Shown piece by piece: positions 17,627 to 28,385 of a stretch of DNA of 64,000 bases. Each line of letters begins with the position of its first letter. Positions within the stretch are counted from its first letter, which is position 1. The DNA is from Promethearchaeia archaeon (GTDB taxonomy: Archaea > Asgardarchaeota > Lokiarchaeia > Sigyniarchaeales > SOKP01): positions 64,001 through 128,000 of the forward strand of contig JAHQWJ010000014.1 in the NCBI GenBank assembly GCA_029856125.1, given 5' to 3'. The notes below the pieces were generated by a model. It did not search any database. It had not been told where the DNA came from and was given only the letters and a program-made list of their open reading frames with translations. The translations under genes were made by a program, and so were the position numbers.

Positions 17627-19096
17627 TTAAGATTGCTTTATTTCCGAAAGCATGCTAATTGCAGCTTCTCGAACATCGATATCCTTATCCTCTAGCAACT
17701 TCTTTAATAATGGGATTGTGTCAGCTTCGTTAAAGTTCCGAAATGCTTTAATAAGATACAGTTTTACGATCCAGTCATCGTCATTAATTATATCTTTTAA
17801 TACTTCGAAGACGCGATTGCCTTTAATAACGCTTAATACTTTTATAGCGTATGTTCTGAAATCCCTTATTTCACTATTTAAATCGTCGATTAATTGGTTA
17901 ACAACTGTAGTTTTATCATCTTCGCTTAAAAGTCTATACATTTTAAAGAAAAGATTGGGAGGTAAGTCCTCATAAACAATTCTTTTAGAAGAGCTTTCGA
18001 ACTCTATGTTCTCACCCTTTTGATCTTCTTGTACTTTTAATTCGACGATTAAATCACTTAGTTGTTTGTTAGCATTCTCAATCTTCTGTAATGTAAGAGT
18101 TACTTTGTTTAATTCTTCGTCCCTTTCTAAAATTTTATCCTGCAAATCACTGATTTTTTGATCTTCAAAAGTAGCTTTTTCTCCTAATTCTTTTTCCATT
18201 TCGATATTTCTTTGTTTTAAATTCTCTATCGTAGAACTATTAGTTTTAACGAGGCTTTTCAAATAGTTATTCTCATCTTCTACTTCAAATAAGATTTTAT
18301 CTAAATTTTCAACCTCATTGCTATCTCTATTGTCTTTAGGTAAATTTTCTTGAAGTTTTATTATTTCTTCTAATTTTTGTTGCATATAATTTACCTTTTC
18401 GTGATATTGATCGTTATCGTACGTTAATTGGTCTACCATTTTATTTGTTTCAATTAACTCGCGTGAGAATTGATTTTTTAAAGCTTTGGTCTCTTGATTT
18501 TGCTTCTTTTGAATTTCTATCTCTTGTTTCAATGTTTCAATTTGAACGCGATGGATACCATTTTCTTCAGTAAATTTGATTATTAGCTTTTTAGCGTCTA
18601 ATAAATCTGAGTTTTCCTCGTCTGGAGCTTCTTTATAATCATTTGAATCTAATTCTTTCTGGAGATTTGTCAATGCTTTATTTAGTTCTTCAACTTCTAT
18701 ACGAAAATTTTCGTTTTCTTCTGTTAATTGGACAATTTCTTTATTAGCATAGATTAATTCTTCGTTTTCCTCTTCAAATTTTTGAACTTTTTCTAATTCC
18801 ACAGTAATTTCTGCAATCGTGTGTTGAAGAATTTCGACATCTTTATCTTTTTTTATAATGTCTTGTCTTTGTTGCGTGACCAATTCTTTTAGCACAGAAA
18901 CATCTTTGGGTATATTATCGCTTTGAATATTAGAAAGCTTTGATTTTTGGTCTTCAATTATTCTTCTCTGTTCATCGATAGTAAAGTTTAACCGTTGGAC
19001 ATCTTCTTTAAGACCTCTAATCGTTATTTCTAAGTCAGATTGAGCTTTATTAGCCGAATCGACCGAATCAATAAAATCCTTTAGTTCTTTACTCAT
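17627..19096 (-). CDS. Long coiled-coil protein with C-terminal HEAT repeats
   Basis: About 360 aa of heptad E/K/Q-rich sequence, then RTYAIKVL..DDDWIVKLYLIKA..DKDIDVREAAISML. Confidence 0.75.
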   Translation of the reverse strand: MSKELKDFIDSVDSANKAQSDLEITIRGLKEDVQRLNFTIDEQRRIIEDQKSKLSNIQSDNIPKDVSVLKELVTQQRQDIIKKDKDVEILQHTIAEITVELEKVQKFEEENEELIYANKEIVQLTEENENFRIEVEELNKALTNLQKELDSNDYKEAPDEENSDLLDAKKLIIKFTEENGIHRVQIETLKQEIEIQKKQNQETKALKNQFSRELIETNKMVDQLTYDNDQYHEKVNYMQQKLEEIIKLQENLPKDNRDSNEVENLDKILFEVEDENNYLKSLVKTNSSTIENLKQRNIEMEKELGEKATFEDQKISDLQDKILERDEELNKVTLTLQKIENANKQLSDLIVELKVQEDQKGENIEFESSSKRIVYEDLPPNLFFKMYRLLSEDDKTTVVNQLIDDLNSEIRDFRTYAIKVLSVIKGNRVFEVLKDIINDDDWIVKLYLIKAFRNFNEADTIPLLKKLLEDKDIDVREAAISMLSEIKQS

Positions 19097-19265
19097 TTTA
19101 ACCGCAATTTATTGTTCTAATTTGAATTATTAATAAGGGCATTAGCTAATAAATTTACTGATCGTAAATTTTAAAACACATTCAAGATTTGTATTTTAAA
19201 TAATACTCTACTATTTAACAACGATAATTAAAATTATATAAGCGTTCAAAAAGGAGGTTTGTTAT

Positions 19266-19421
19266 ATGGGAGATGGAAATTTGTCTAATGTGTGTAAAGA
19301 CAAAGAAGAACAAGATGAGATTAACGATTACGATGATGACGATGATGACGATGACGATCTCTACGATGATGACGAAGATGTTGATGACTACAACGACGGA
19401 GAATGGGATGAAGAGGATTAG
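19266..19421 (+). CDS. Unannotated 51-aa hyper-acidic micro-protein
   Basis: AAGGAGG SD at 19251-19257. MGDGNLSNVCKDKEEQDEINDYDDDDDDDDDLYDDDEDVDDYNDGEWDEED*. Mixed GAT/GAC codons. Confidence 0.7.
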   Translation: MGDGNLSNVCKDKEEQDEINDYDDDDDDDDDLYDDDEDVDDYNDGEWDEED

Positions 19422-19473
19422 TAAAATAAAAAATAAATAAAAAAGCCTGTTAGTTTCAGCTTACTTCTTAAGT

Positions 19474-19950
19474 TTATACAATCTCAATTACTTTTATTTT
19501 ATCTCCTTGTTCAATCTTGTTAACTACGTCTTGATCTCCAGAACTTACTACTTCTCCAAAGATCGTGTGCTTGTTGTTTAAGTGAGGAGTAGGGATGTGA
19601 GTTATGAAAAATTGCGAACCATTCGTACGAGGTCCAGCATTTGCCATCGCTAAAATACCTGCTTTATTGAAAACTTTTCCCGATTGAAATTCGTCTGCGT
19701 AAGGATAAGACACGTCTTTTCCTTGGAAGGGGAAAGATTTTACACCTACTGCGCCCGGACCACCAGTACCGTTTCCAAGAGGATCGCCCCCTTGAATCAT
19801 AAAATTAGCGATTACTCGATGAAATTTTATTCCGTTATAGAAACCTTTATTTACTAAAAACAAGAAACTTGAAACAGTCATGGGAGCATCCTCGTCGAAT
19901 AAGGTAATATTAATATCTCCTTTAGTTGTTATCATTTTTACAATTGTCAT
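19474..19950 (-). CDS. Cyclophilin-type peptidyl-prolyl cis-trans isomerase
   Basis: [46 protein letters not shown]. Confidence 0.96.
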   Translation of the reverse strand: MTIVKMITTKGDINITLFDEDAPMTVSSFLFLVNKGFYNGIKFHRVIANFMIQGGDPLGNGTGGPGAVGVKSFPFQGKDVSYPYADEFQSGKVFNKAGILAMANAGPRTNGSQFFITHIPTPHLNNKHTIFGEVVSSGDQDVVNKIEQGDKIKVIEIV

Positions 19951-20137
19951 AATACTTGTCTAATGTGGTATTGTAAAAAAGTATTTTTTTTTTATTTTAA
20001 AAAATTTACATTAATATATTTCAACTATTTACTCCAAAATCCAATTTCAAATCATCGCTACAAAATCTAAAAGCTTTTAATTTATTTCAAACAGTTACTC
20101 TAGAATACATTATAAGTTCAAAAACTCCCCAATTACT

Positions 20138-22303
20138 ATGGTAGAAAATAACGATATTTCTTATTTCTTTGATCCTAAAAGCATTGCAATCATAGGTGCG
20201 AGCTCAAAACCTGGAAAAGTAGGATATAATGTATTAAGAAATATCGTTGAATCAAAGTATCAGGGCAAATTATTTCCTATCAATCCGAAAGCAGAAGAAA
20301 TCCTTGGATACAAGTCATATAAAAGCGTCCTTGATGTTCCAGAAAAAATTGAGATAGCCATATTTGTAGTTCCCAGTGAGATCGTTAATCCTATAGCAGA
20401 AGAGTGTGGAAAGAAAAGGATAAAGGGGTTAATTATTATTACTGCAGGGTTCAAAGAAATCGGTGGACTGGGAATTACTCGAGAACAAGAATTAGTGCAA
20501 ATTGCTAAGAAATATGATATGAGAGTCATTGGGCCCAATTGTTTAGGTTTGATAGGTTTAAACTATAATGGCTCTTTTGCTGCTAATACTCCTAAAAATG
20601 GGGGAATAGCCATGATTTCTCAGTCGGGTGCCATGTTAACGGGAATGATGGATTTTTCTATGGATCAAGCATTCGGATTTTCATGTAATATAAGCTTGGG
20701 TAATAAAGCGGATATGGACGAAGTTGATTTTATTGAATACCTTGCTAACGATCCAAATACAAAAGTAATTCTGTGCTATTTAGAAAGCATTGAGGACGGA
20801 GAAAAATTTCTTCGAGTTGTTCCTGAAGCTGCATATAAAAAACCGATAATTATTTTAAAATCAGGAGTTAGTGCAGCAGGTGCTCGAGCTGCTTCAAGCC
20901 ATACTGGAGCTTTGGCAGGATTAGACATCGCTTACGATTTAGCTTTCAAAAAGTGTGGAATATTAAGAGCAATCTCAATTGCAGATCTTTTTGATTATGG
21001 AGAAATCTTTTTATATCAACCTATACCAAAAAAAAATTCCTTTGCTATTGTCACTAACGCTGGGGGCCCAGGAATTGTAGCAGTTGATTCATTTGAGAGA
21101 GAAGGATTAAAATTTGCTCAGTTTTCCGAACCAGTTTTACATTTGTTAAGAGAGAATTTACCCGCTGAGGCTGCAATATTTAATCCAATAGATATAATTG
21201 GTGATGCATCACCTAAACGTTATGAATTTACTATTAAAACAATTTTTGGATTAAACGAAAGAGCCCAAGGCTATATCGAAGAAGATGATATTACGACCTA
21301 TGGTGCTCTAATTATTATGAGCCCCCAAGCTCAAACTAAACCAGCTGATGTTGCTAAACTAATTTATGAAATAGTTTCGAAATCTTTATCTGATAAACCG
21401 ATTGTGTGTGCACTCATAGGTGGAGTCTCTATGGCGGAAGCTACCAAATATTTAAAACAGCACCATATACCCTGTTATCGATTTCCCGAAAGTGGGGCTA
21501 AATCGCTTAAAGCTATGGTAACATATAATGACTTTCTAAATAGGCAAAGTGTAAAAGATTTAGATGTAGCAAAATTTAAAGTAGATAAAGAAAAGGTAGC
21601 AGAAATATTCAAAAAAGTCAGAGCTGATGAGAGAACAGTTTTGTTAAGCCATGAAACGAGTGAAATTTTCGATATTTATGGAATTATCTCACCGAAATCA
21701 AAATTAGCAGCAACACCAGCAGAAGCGCGAAAATTGCAAAATGAAATAGGAAAATCTGTTTTAAAAATAGTTAGCCCAAATATTATACATAAAACTGATG
21801 TAGGGGGAATAATCTTAAATATTGAAACCGAACAAGAAGCTTTCGAAGCGTATGTACAAATCATTGAAAATGCTAAGAAATATGGACCCCAAAACGCGCG
21901 TATTTATGGAGTAGAGGTCCAAGAAATGATAGATTTTAAAGAAGAACTAAAAGTGAATGAAATTATTATCGGAATGTCTAGAGATCCACAATTTGGACCT
22001 CTATTGATGTTTGGGACAGGAGGAATCTATGCTAATTTCATGAAAGACGTATCTTTTGCGTTGTCATATAAGTTCACTAAGGAAAGTGCTAAGGATTTAA
22101 TCGAAAACACTAAAATCTATAATTTACTACAAGGAGTTAGGGGAGAACCCGCTTCTGATATTAATGCGATAATAGAAGTTTTGTTAAGACTATCCCAACT
22201 TGTAAACGAATTTCCAGAGATTGTGGAACTAGATATCAATCCCCTGCTTTCATTTGTTAAAGGGTATAGTGCAGTTGACATTAAAATTACGATTTCACGT
22301 TAA
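20138..22303 (+). CDS. ADP-forming acetate/acyl-CoA ligase, alpha-beta fusion
   Basis: PKSIAIIGAS, GPNCLG, SQSGA, SLGNKAD, AASSHTGALAG (phospho-His), HKTDVGG, ELDINP. Confidence 0.92.
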   Translation: MVENNDISYFFDPKSIAIIGASSKPGKVGYNVLRNIVESKYQGKLFPINPKAEEILGYKSYKSVLDVPEKIEIAIFVVPSEIVNPIAEECGKKRIKGLIIITAGFKEIGGLGITREQELVQIAKKYDMRVIGPNCLGLIGLNYNGSFAANTPKNGGIAMISQSGAMLTGMMDFSMDQAFGFSCNISLGNKADMDEVDFIEYLANDPNTKVILCYLESIEDGEKFLRVVPEAAYKKPIIILKSGVSAAGARAASSHTGALAGLDIAYDLAFKKCGILRAISIADLFDYGEIFLYQPIPKKNSFAIVTNAGGPGIVAVDSFEREGLKFAQFSEPVLHLLRENLPAEAAIFNPIDIIGDASPKRYEFTIKTIFGLNERAQGYIEEDDITTYGALIIMSPQAQTKPADVAKLIYEIVSKSLSDKPIVCALIGGVSMAEATKYLKQHHIPCYRFPESGAKSLKAMVTYNDFLNRQSVKDLDVAKFKVDKEKVAEIFKKVRADERTVLLSHETSEIFDIYGIISPKSKLAATPAEARKLQNEIGKSVLKIVSPNIIHKTDVGGIILNIETEQEAFEAYVQIIENAKKYGPQNARIYGVEVQEMIDFKEELKVNEIIIGMSRDPQFGPLLMFGTGGIYANFMKDVSFALSYKFTKESAKDLIENTKIYNLLQGVRGEPASDINAIIEVLLRLSQLVNEFPEIVELDINPLLSFVKGYSAVDIKITISR

Positions 22304-22345
22304 ATTACATTATAATAATACTAATAAAAAAAAAATTAAAAAGAA

Positions 22346-23419
22346 GTGAAGAAAGTGGTAAAAGCATTTTATTTGTGCTCTTTAACAGAAAGAGCGGGAA
22401 AGAGCTTTCTTTCCATTGGTTTTATTCAAAAATTACAAAAAGAAGGGAAAAGATTTGCGTACTTTAAACCGATTGGGTGCCCACGAGGGGCTTATAGTTC
22501 TAAGGCAGACAAAGATATTGAATTCATTTTACAAAATGTCTATAAAGATCGAAGCCCTTACGATTTAGTTTGTCCCGTTTCTATTCCTGATTCATATTAC
22601 ATTGACTTAATTGATTCAAGTAAAAAAACAGAGTATTTAGAAAAGATAAAGTCGGCGTACGACAAAATCGTTAAGGATGTTGATTACGTAATTATAGAAG
22701 GAGCGCCTTCAATTCGTAAATTTGTGAGAGTGGGAATCGATGACGTTAGCATCGCAAAAGCTTTAGGTATCACTGACTTAATCTATGTCTCTCCCGAATC
22801 CTCAGATGATTGCATTGATAATATATTTTTTACGAAAAATTACTTTGAATTCAGGAACGTTAGGATATCTGGAGTTATTTTTAATAAAATAGACCTAGAA
22901 TACATAGCAAGAATCAAAGAGCTTCAAAAAGACCATATTATTCAGTATAACTTACCGGTATTAGGTATAATAGAAAGGAGCATTGCATTATTTTCTCCCC
23001 GTGTGAACGAAGTGATGGAGGCAATAGGAGGAGAATTCATCAACGAAATAGCGTCAACAGGCTTAAATAATACTGTCGAGACTTTTATCATCGGAGCTAT
23101 GAATGCCCAAGCTGCTCTTAAATATTTAAGACAAGTTAAAAAAGCGGCTGTAATCACAGGCGGAGATCGCGCAGATCTTGCGTTAGCAGCGTTAAACGAG
23201 GATGTATCGATGCTTATTTTAACTGGTTTTATACAACCCGATGCGAAAGTGATTGCTGTAGCAAATGATAAAAATATTCCTATAATTCTAAGCCCTTCTG
23301 ACACTTATACAACGATGAGAAATCTTGAGAAATTAAAGCCAGGAATTCAGGAAGATGAAATTCAAATAGTTTTAGATTTAATGGAAAGCGAAATCGACTG
23401 GGATTTTTTACTAAAATAA
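22346..23419 (+). CDS. Phosphotransacetylase N-terminal family protein (BioD-like + DRTGG domains)
   Basis: AGKS, YFKPIG, IIEG, ITGGDRAD, LILTG; typical partner of the ADP-forming ligase. Confidence 0.85.
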   Translation: MKKVVKAFYLCSLTERAGKSFLSIGFIQKLQKEGKRFAYFKPIGCPRGAYSSKADKDIEFILQNVYKDRSPYDLVCPVSIPDSYYIDLIDSSKKTEYLEKIKSAYDKIVKDVDYVIIEGAPSIRKFVRVGIDDVSIAKALGITDLIYVSPESSDDCIDNIFFTKNYFEFRNVRISGVIFNKIDLEYIARIKELQKDHIIQYNLPVLGIIERSIALFSPRVNEVMEAIGGEFINEIASTGLNNTVETFIIGAMNAQAALKYLRQVKKAAVITGGDRADLALAALNEDVSMLILTGFIQPDAKVIAVANDKNIPIILSPSDTYTTMRNLEKLKPGIQEDEIQIVLDLMESEIDWDFLLK

Positions 23420-23456
23420 AAAAAAGAAAAAGATTTAAATATAGATTTAAGATCCG

Positions 23457-23741
23457 TTATAAAGAGCTAAGAATCGCACCAAGTCCTAAAAGAATTAACA
23501 GAACTGCTAACAATGGTAGTATAAAAAGAATAAATACTATACCGAGAATTCCTAAAATAAGACCCGCAATTGCCATTCCCTTACTTTCATCAGCAATAAT
23601 CCCGATAATTCCAAAAACGATGGCCGCTCCTGGTACGTAGTAAATACCATAAGGGAGAGTCGCTAACAAAATCCATGCAAAGAAACCTAATATCCCACAA
23701 ATTAAAGCAATAATCCCAAAAACTTTTCCCATATTATTCAC
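23457..23741 (-). CDS. Small membrane protein (DUF4190-like)
   Basis: GIIALICGILG..AIVFGIIG..KGMAIAGLILG. Confidence 0.65.
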   Translation of the reverse strand: MNNMGKVFGIIALICGILGFFAWILLATLPYGIYYVPGAAIVFGIIGIIADESKGMAIAGLILGILGIVFILFILPLLAVLLILLGLGAILSSL

Positions 23742-23862
23742 TAAATTTAGTTTTATTAATTTCTATTTAGAGTTTATTGATCTTTAATGAGTGTAAGATC
23801 TATAAAAATCTTAGTATAAAAAAAAGGTTGAAATTGTTAAATTTTAGCTTAAATCTATAAAT

Positions 23863-24555
23863 TTACTGTTCTGATCCACAACTTGGGCAAAATTTTGCTT
23901 CAAACGACATTTTTGTACCACAGTGTGCGCAAAATTGCGGTCTTGAACTATACGCATCTTCTTGTTTTTGGACACTTGTGAGTTCCTTCATTACTTCTGG
24001 AGATTTGATTGATGACTTAACCGAACTAGAAAAATTTTCTTTAATCCTAGAAACATCTTCAACAAGTTGTACAGCACTTTTTCTTTTTTTCGAAAAGCTA
24101 TTAGTTAATACCCAAAAGATAATCATAGCTGGTAGAAGAAATATTATAAAAATTATTGAAAAGATCATGGTGAAAATTGAACCAAACATACCCATATACC
24201 CATAATCTACGGTAAAAATACCTAAAGAATATAAAATTGCTACAACAAACCCAATTGTAACTAAAATAGCAGAAACTAACGATACATAATACATCCAATC
24301 ATTTGACCCTTCTAACATGTTTTCTTCTGTGTTTCTCGATTGGTTAATAACGTAGTTGATCCTTACTTTATTTCCTGTAGTTGTAGATCCAATTACAACA
24401 ATTTTATCTGACGGGCTTAGAGCTGGTCTTTTTTTTGTTGAAAAACAATAATGTAAGTTATTTTGCGAGTCTTCTAACATAAAAGATAAATTACCCGAAT
24501 ACGATTTTGTGAAACTTTTAACTATTCCTTCCAAAACAATTGTCTGTTCAGACAT
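23863..24555 (-). CDS. Membrane protein with C-terminal zinc ribbon
   Basis: Two TMs; FCAHCG..AKFCPSCG. Confidence 0.75.
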   Translation of the reverse strand: MSEQTIVLEGIVKSFTKSYSGNLSFMLEDSQNNLHYCFSTKKRPALSPSDKIVVIGSTTTGNKVRINYVINQSRNTEENMLEGSNDWMYYVSLVSAILVTIGFVVAILYSLGIFTVDYGYMGMFGSIFTMIFSIIFIIFLLPAMIIFWVLTNSFSKKRKSAVQLVEDVSRIKENFSSSVKSSIKSPEVMKELTSVQKQEDAYSSRPQFCAHCGTKMSFEAKFCPSCGSEQ

Positions 24556-24693
24556 TTTCCTTAATCAACTCGAGATTAATATTGAATAAAAGTAAATTAA
24601 TATTTCGTATGGTCTTCATTTATAAGAAATCTTAACTGATATTTAATTTTTACAACTTAAAGTAAGATGTGTTGGAGTAATCATTGTGGATTC

Positions 24694-25269
24694 TTAACTC
24701 TTCCTCTCTCGAAAACCATGTTCGTATAATTTATCTCTAATATTTTTCATTCCGGGACAATCGTCCCAATTTCCTTGATAGTCACATTTACTACAATCCT
24801 TTTTAATGCGGTTTGCTCGAATATAGGCTATTGCTCCAACTAAAAAATTAATTTCTAACAATGTAAGAATTTTTACGATTAATGGGAAAGGTAGCAGAAA
24901 TACGGAAACGAGATGTAATCCTACTCCTATTCCGTTAGAGGCTTTAGAGAATATCTTTAAGAATCGGTACTTGGTTAAACCTATAACACTGAGAATTATA
25001 GGTATAAAAAAGATAAAAGAAATGAGATACATAATGATCAAATTATATATATTTGGTTCTACAAACAATAATGTAAGAATTATAGTGATTATTATCACGG
25101 GGTAGAATGTAAAGCAACCAATACAAAGGCTTCGTTTTCCTACGTGATACACATGGGCTGAGAATTTGTCGCAATTTGGATGGTGGGATAACATCATCGG
25201 TTTAAAATCTGATAAAAGCAAACGGAAACGAGAAAATTTCAACCTTATCTTTTCAAAAAACTCCACCAT
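24694..25269 (-). CDS. Cys/His-containing membrane protein (DUF2085-like)
   Basis: SHHPNC..H..LCIGC, 4 TMs, C-terminal CxxC...CPG. Confidence 0.6.
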   Translation of the reverse strand: MVEFFEKIRLKFSRFRLLLSDFKPMMLSHHPNCDKFSAHVYHVGKRSLCIGCFTFYPVIIITIILTLLFVEPNIYNLIIMYLISFIFFIPIILSVIGLTKYRFLKIFSKASNGIGVGLHLVSVFLLPFPLIVKILTLLEINFLVGAIAYIRANRIKKDCSKCDYQGNWDDCPGMKNIRDKLYEHGFRERKS

Positions 25270-25370
25270 AGTTTGTAAAGTATCCTCAATATTTTTTCAG
25301 AAAATAAAATTACTTGAATCCAATCAAAATAAAAAAAAAAAAAATAGATTTTTATAAATAATATTCTAAT

Positions 25371-25583
25371 TTAATCTCTAACTACTAAATAGACGATGCA
25401 GCCTATACATCCTGTCAGCAAAACAATTAATAACCAGACCGCTGCATTCATGTCTCTCTTCTTAGCGTCCTTATATACCCAAATTGCGATAATTACCGCA
25501 ATAATATAAAAAACCGCAACAAGTATTAATGGTAAGAGCAGTAAAAATCCTAATGCCCCAAAATCCGGAATTGTAAATAACAT
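25371..25583 (-). CDS. Small membrane protein (PLDc_N-like)
   Basis: IWVYKDAKKRDMNAAVWLLIVLL..G.IVYLVVR. Confidence 0.7.
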   Translation of the reverse strand: MLFTIPDFGALGFLLLLPLILVAVFYIIAVIIAIWVYKDAKKRDMNAAVWLLIVLLTGCIGCIVYLVVRD

Positions 25584-25813
25584 TTTTTTCTGCCTCAGTT
25601 TTGTTTTTTAATACAAATTTTTAAAATTTGTTGTTAATAACATAGTTATTGTGTTATTTAAAGATCTTTATTTCCCAGCAATAACCCATTATTAAACTAA
25701 TTACAATTCTTGAGTTAATAGCAATTATTGCACGTAATTTCTCTTTGATAATATTTTTTTTTAGATTTACCAAAAAAAACTTAAGTATAGAGATGTAATT
25801 AAAGAACAATAAT

Positions 25814-27364
25814 ATGAGAATTAGAAACAATTATTCATTTCGAATCGCGCTACATCTAATTCTAATACTATTCCAGCTACTATTTTGGAATTTCACCATA
25901 GACGATGCGTTTATCTCGTTTAGATACGCTAAAAACCTTTTTCTAAATCAAGAAATGGTATTCAATACAGGTGAAGCTCCTGTTGAAGGCTATTCGAATT
26001 TCTTATGGGTAATATGGATGACGTTAAGTTTCGTATTTAACATAGAAGTTGTCTTTTTTTCCAAAATTTCGGGATTGATATTGTGTCACTTGAGTGTTCT
26101 ACTCCTTTACAAATTAGCTTTTCGAATAAGTAAATCAAAAGATTTAAGTTGTTTAGTAATTCTTTTTTATGTTTTAACTCCAAACATAGCTTTATGGTCT
26201 ATTGGTGGGTTGGAGACTTCATTATTCTCCTGTCTTTTACTTGTATCCGTCTACTTTTTTATTCTAGATGTATCTGTTAGGAAAAATCGTATGATTAAAC
26301 TGTCGCCTTTTTCTTTTCTCTTGTTAAGTTTAACACGCCACGAAGGAGCAGTCTTATTTGCTCTCACATTGATTTTCTTTCTATATTTACTTATCAAGAG
26401 TAATGAAATTAATATAAATAGACGAATACTTCTTCTTTTTTGTTATGGTGGAACATTTATACTTACTTACGCTCCCTATTTTCTATGGAGAATCGCTTAT
26501 TATGATAACATTCTCCCTCATACATTCGTAGCAAAGCAAACGGGTTTTGATTTGCTGTTGTTTACACAGCGAATAATTTTCTATTTACCGTTAATAATCT
26601 TTTTATTACCTACTTTATTAATAATTATGTTTTACTATATTAAACGTTCCGATTATCGGATTAAGGACGTGATTCACCAGTACATTATTCTACTTACGCT
26701 CTCGTTATCGATTATACTACTATTCTTAACGGCCTGGATGCCAGGATTTAGATTTAGCGTACCTGTGATTCCATTAGTCTATTTATTACTACTGAAACCG
26801 CTTAATTTCCTAGAAACTACTTATAGAAATAAATTTAAACTCAACATTTTGTCTAAAAATTTCAATTATATAACTGTTACAATAATCTGCCTCTTGAATT
26901 TCTCACAGGTATTTATGTTCTATCCTTTCGTTGATTTATATGGAGCTGGAATCAAGGAATGTAATATTGTTTTAGGAAAGTGGATTAACGAGAATTCCTT
27001 TAGTAATTCATCACTCGCTATTTGGGATGCCGGAGCTATTCCATTTTATTCTAATATTCGCACAATCGATATATACTCCAATAGTTTACAAGATTTACAC
27101 TTGTATAATAATCCAGAAGATGCAGATTACATTTTAGAGCAAAATGTAACTTTTCTTATATTGAATGACGAATATTTTAGTTACATTAAAGCAGATGTTC
27201 GCTTCCTCAATAATTATCACTTGATCTTATACGCTCAGTTTTATTATGCTGACATCTTCTATAGAAGAGATTATGTCTACCAAATGTATTTATTCAATAA
27301 TTTTAATGTCTCCGAATCAGCAATTAATGATTTGATTAACACTTCTGATAGATTTTATATTTGA
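25814..27364 (+). CDS. GT-C-fold polytopic glycosyltransferase-like protein
   Basis: DDAFISFRYAKNL, NTGEAPVEGYSN, GLET, LTRHEG, PHTFVAK, DAGAIPFYS. Confidence 0.75.
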   Translation: MRIRNNYSFRIALHLILILFQLLFWNFTIDDAFISFRYAKNLFLNQEMVFNTGEAPVEGYSNFLWVIWMTLSFVFNIEVVFFSKISGLILCHLSVLLLYKLAFRISKSKDLSCLVILFYVLTPNIALWSIGGLETSLFSCLLLVSVYFFILDVSVRKNRMIKLSPFSFLLLSLTRHEGAVLFALTLIFFLYLLIKSNEININRRILLLFCYGGTFILTYAPYFLWRIAYYDNILPHTFVAKQTGFDLLLFTQRIIFYLPLIIFLLPTLLIIMFYYIKRSDYRIKDVIHQYIILLTLSLSIILLFLTAWMPGFRFSVPVIPLVYLLLLKPLNFLETTYRNKFKLNILSKNFNYITVTIICLLNFSQVFMFYPFVDLYGAGIKECNIVLGKWINENSFSNSSLAIWDAGAIPFYSNIRTIDIYSNSLQDLHLYNNPEDADYILEQNVTFLILNDEYFSYIKADVRFLNNYHLILYAQFYYADIFYRRDYVYQMYLFNNFNVSESAINDLINTSDRFYI

Positions 27365-27370
27365 AGTAAT

Positions 27371-28183
27371 TTAATCTAATTTTAATCCTTTAATCGGTTT
27401 TCGCGATCGGGGAGGCGCTCGTTTGAAGGTTATATTAGGATAACCAATTATGAAAGCCCCCAAACGCTTGCCTCTAACACCAGCTAATTTCATTATTTTC
27501 TTGTTGTGCTGAGATGCCATCTGAATATAACCGATCCAACACGTACCTAGGCCTAAAGATTGTGCTGCGAGTCTACCGTATGTAATAATAATTCCAATGT
27601 TATGATCCGCAAGTCGCATATCCAGCATGGAAGAAACAATTATCACATGGGGGGCGTCATAGAATAGGGGAATTTCATACTTCTTTTTCAGAGCTATAAA
27701 TGATTTTTCATATTGTGCACCCATGCCAAGAGTATTTAGGATCGTGTCAATTACCATATCTGATAAACTTTTGAGTTTTTCTCGATCAGATACAACCGTG
27801 TACTTTTCATACCTGAGATTGCTGCCTGTTGGAGCATATTGCATCATATCCGTGACTTTTTTCAAAGTGTCTTTCGGGACTTCTTTCTTTTTATAATGTC
27901 TTATAGAACGGTGACCTCTTAGAAATTTATACAGAGTATCAAAAGGTACGATTGAATCGAGTTTTTCAATCCCTTCAAATGTGAACGCTTCATCTCCAAA
28001 ATCTTCGTAAATTATTGCATCTGGCGGACAGACTGCGATACAATGCCCACAAAGGCTACACATATTGTCTAAATCCTCAAAAAGGACCTTCTTCTTGGCT
28101 TCGTCAAAGATAAAAAATCGACACTCTTTAATACATAATCGGCAACCATTACATTTGTCATAATCTATTCCCACAATCGGCAT
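27371..28183 (-). CDS. Nitroreductase with N-terminal 2x[4Fe-4S] ferredoxin domain
   Basis: CNGCRLCIKEC, CSLCGHCIAVCP, RSIRHY, APTGSN, SLGLGTCWIG. Confidence 0.9.
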   Translation of the reverse strand: MPIVGIDYDKCNGCRLCIKECRFFIFDEAKKKVLFEDLDNMCSLCGHCIAVCPPDAIIYEDFGDEAFTFEGIEKLDSIVPFDTLYKFLRGHRSIRHYKKKEVPKDTLKKVTDMMQYAPTGSNLRYEKYTVVSDREKLKSLSDMVIDTILNTLGMGAQYEKSFIALKKKYEIPLFYDAPHVIIVSSMLDMRLADHNIGIIITYGRLAAQSLGLGTCWIGYIQMASQHNKKIMKLAGVRGKRLGAFIIGYPNITFKRAPPRSRKPIKGLKLD

Positions 28184-28385
28184 AATTTTCCTTTTTTTGT
28201 ATTTTTATAGAATTGATTAAAGAATAGAATTTCTTAAAATTTTCGGATTAATTATCCAAGTAGTTTGAAATTATAGAGGAAAATCTAAACAAAACTATTT
28301 TTTTTCTTTCATACTATATTCACTAATAAAACTTTTAACTGAATTTTCTCTTTTATTTTTTATTAAATTATAATTTCGCAGAGAT

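Noticed and set aside
19330-19390. GAT/GAC repeat as a microsatellite or CRISPR-like array
   Set aside because: No repeat-spacer structure; explained by a poly-Asp coding run.
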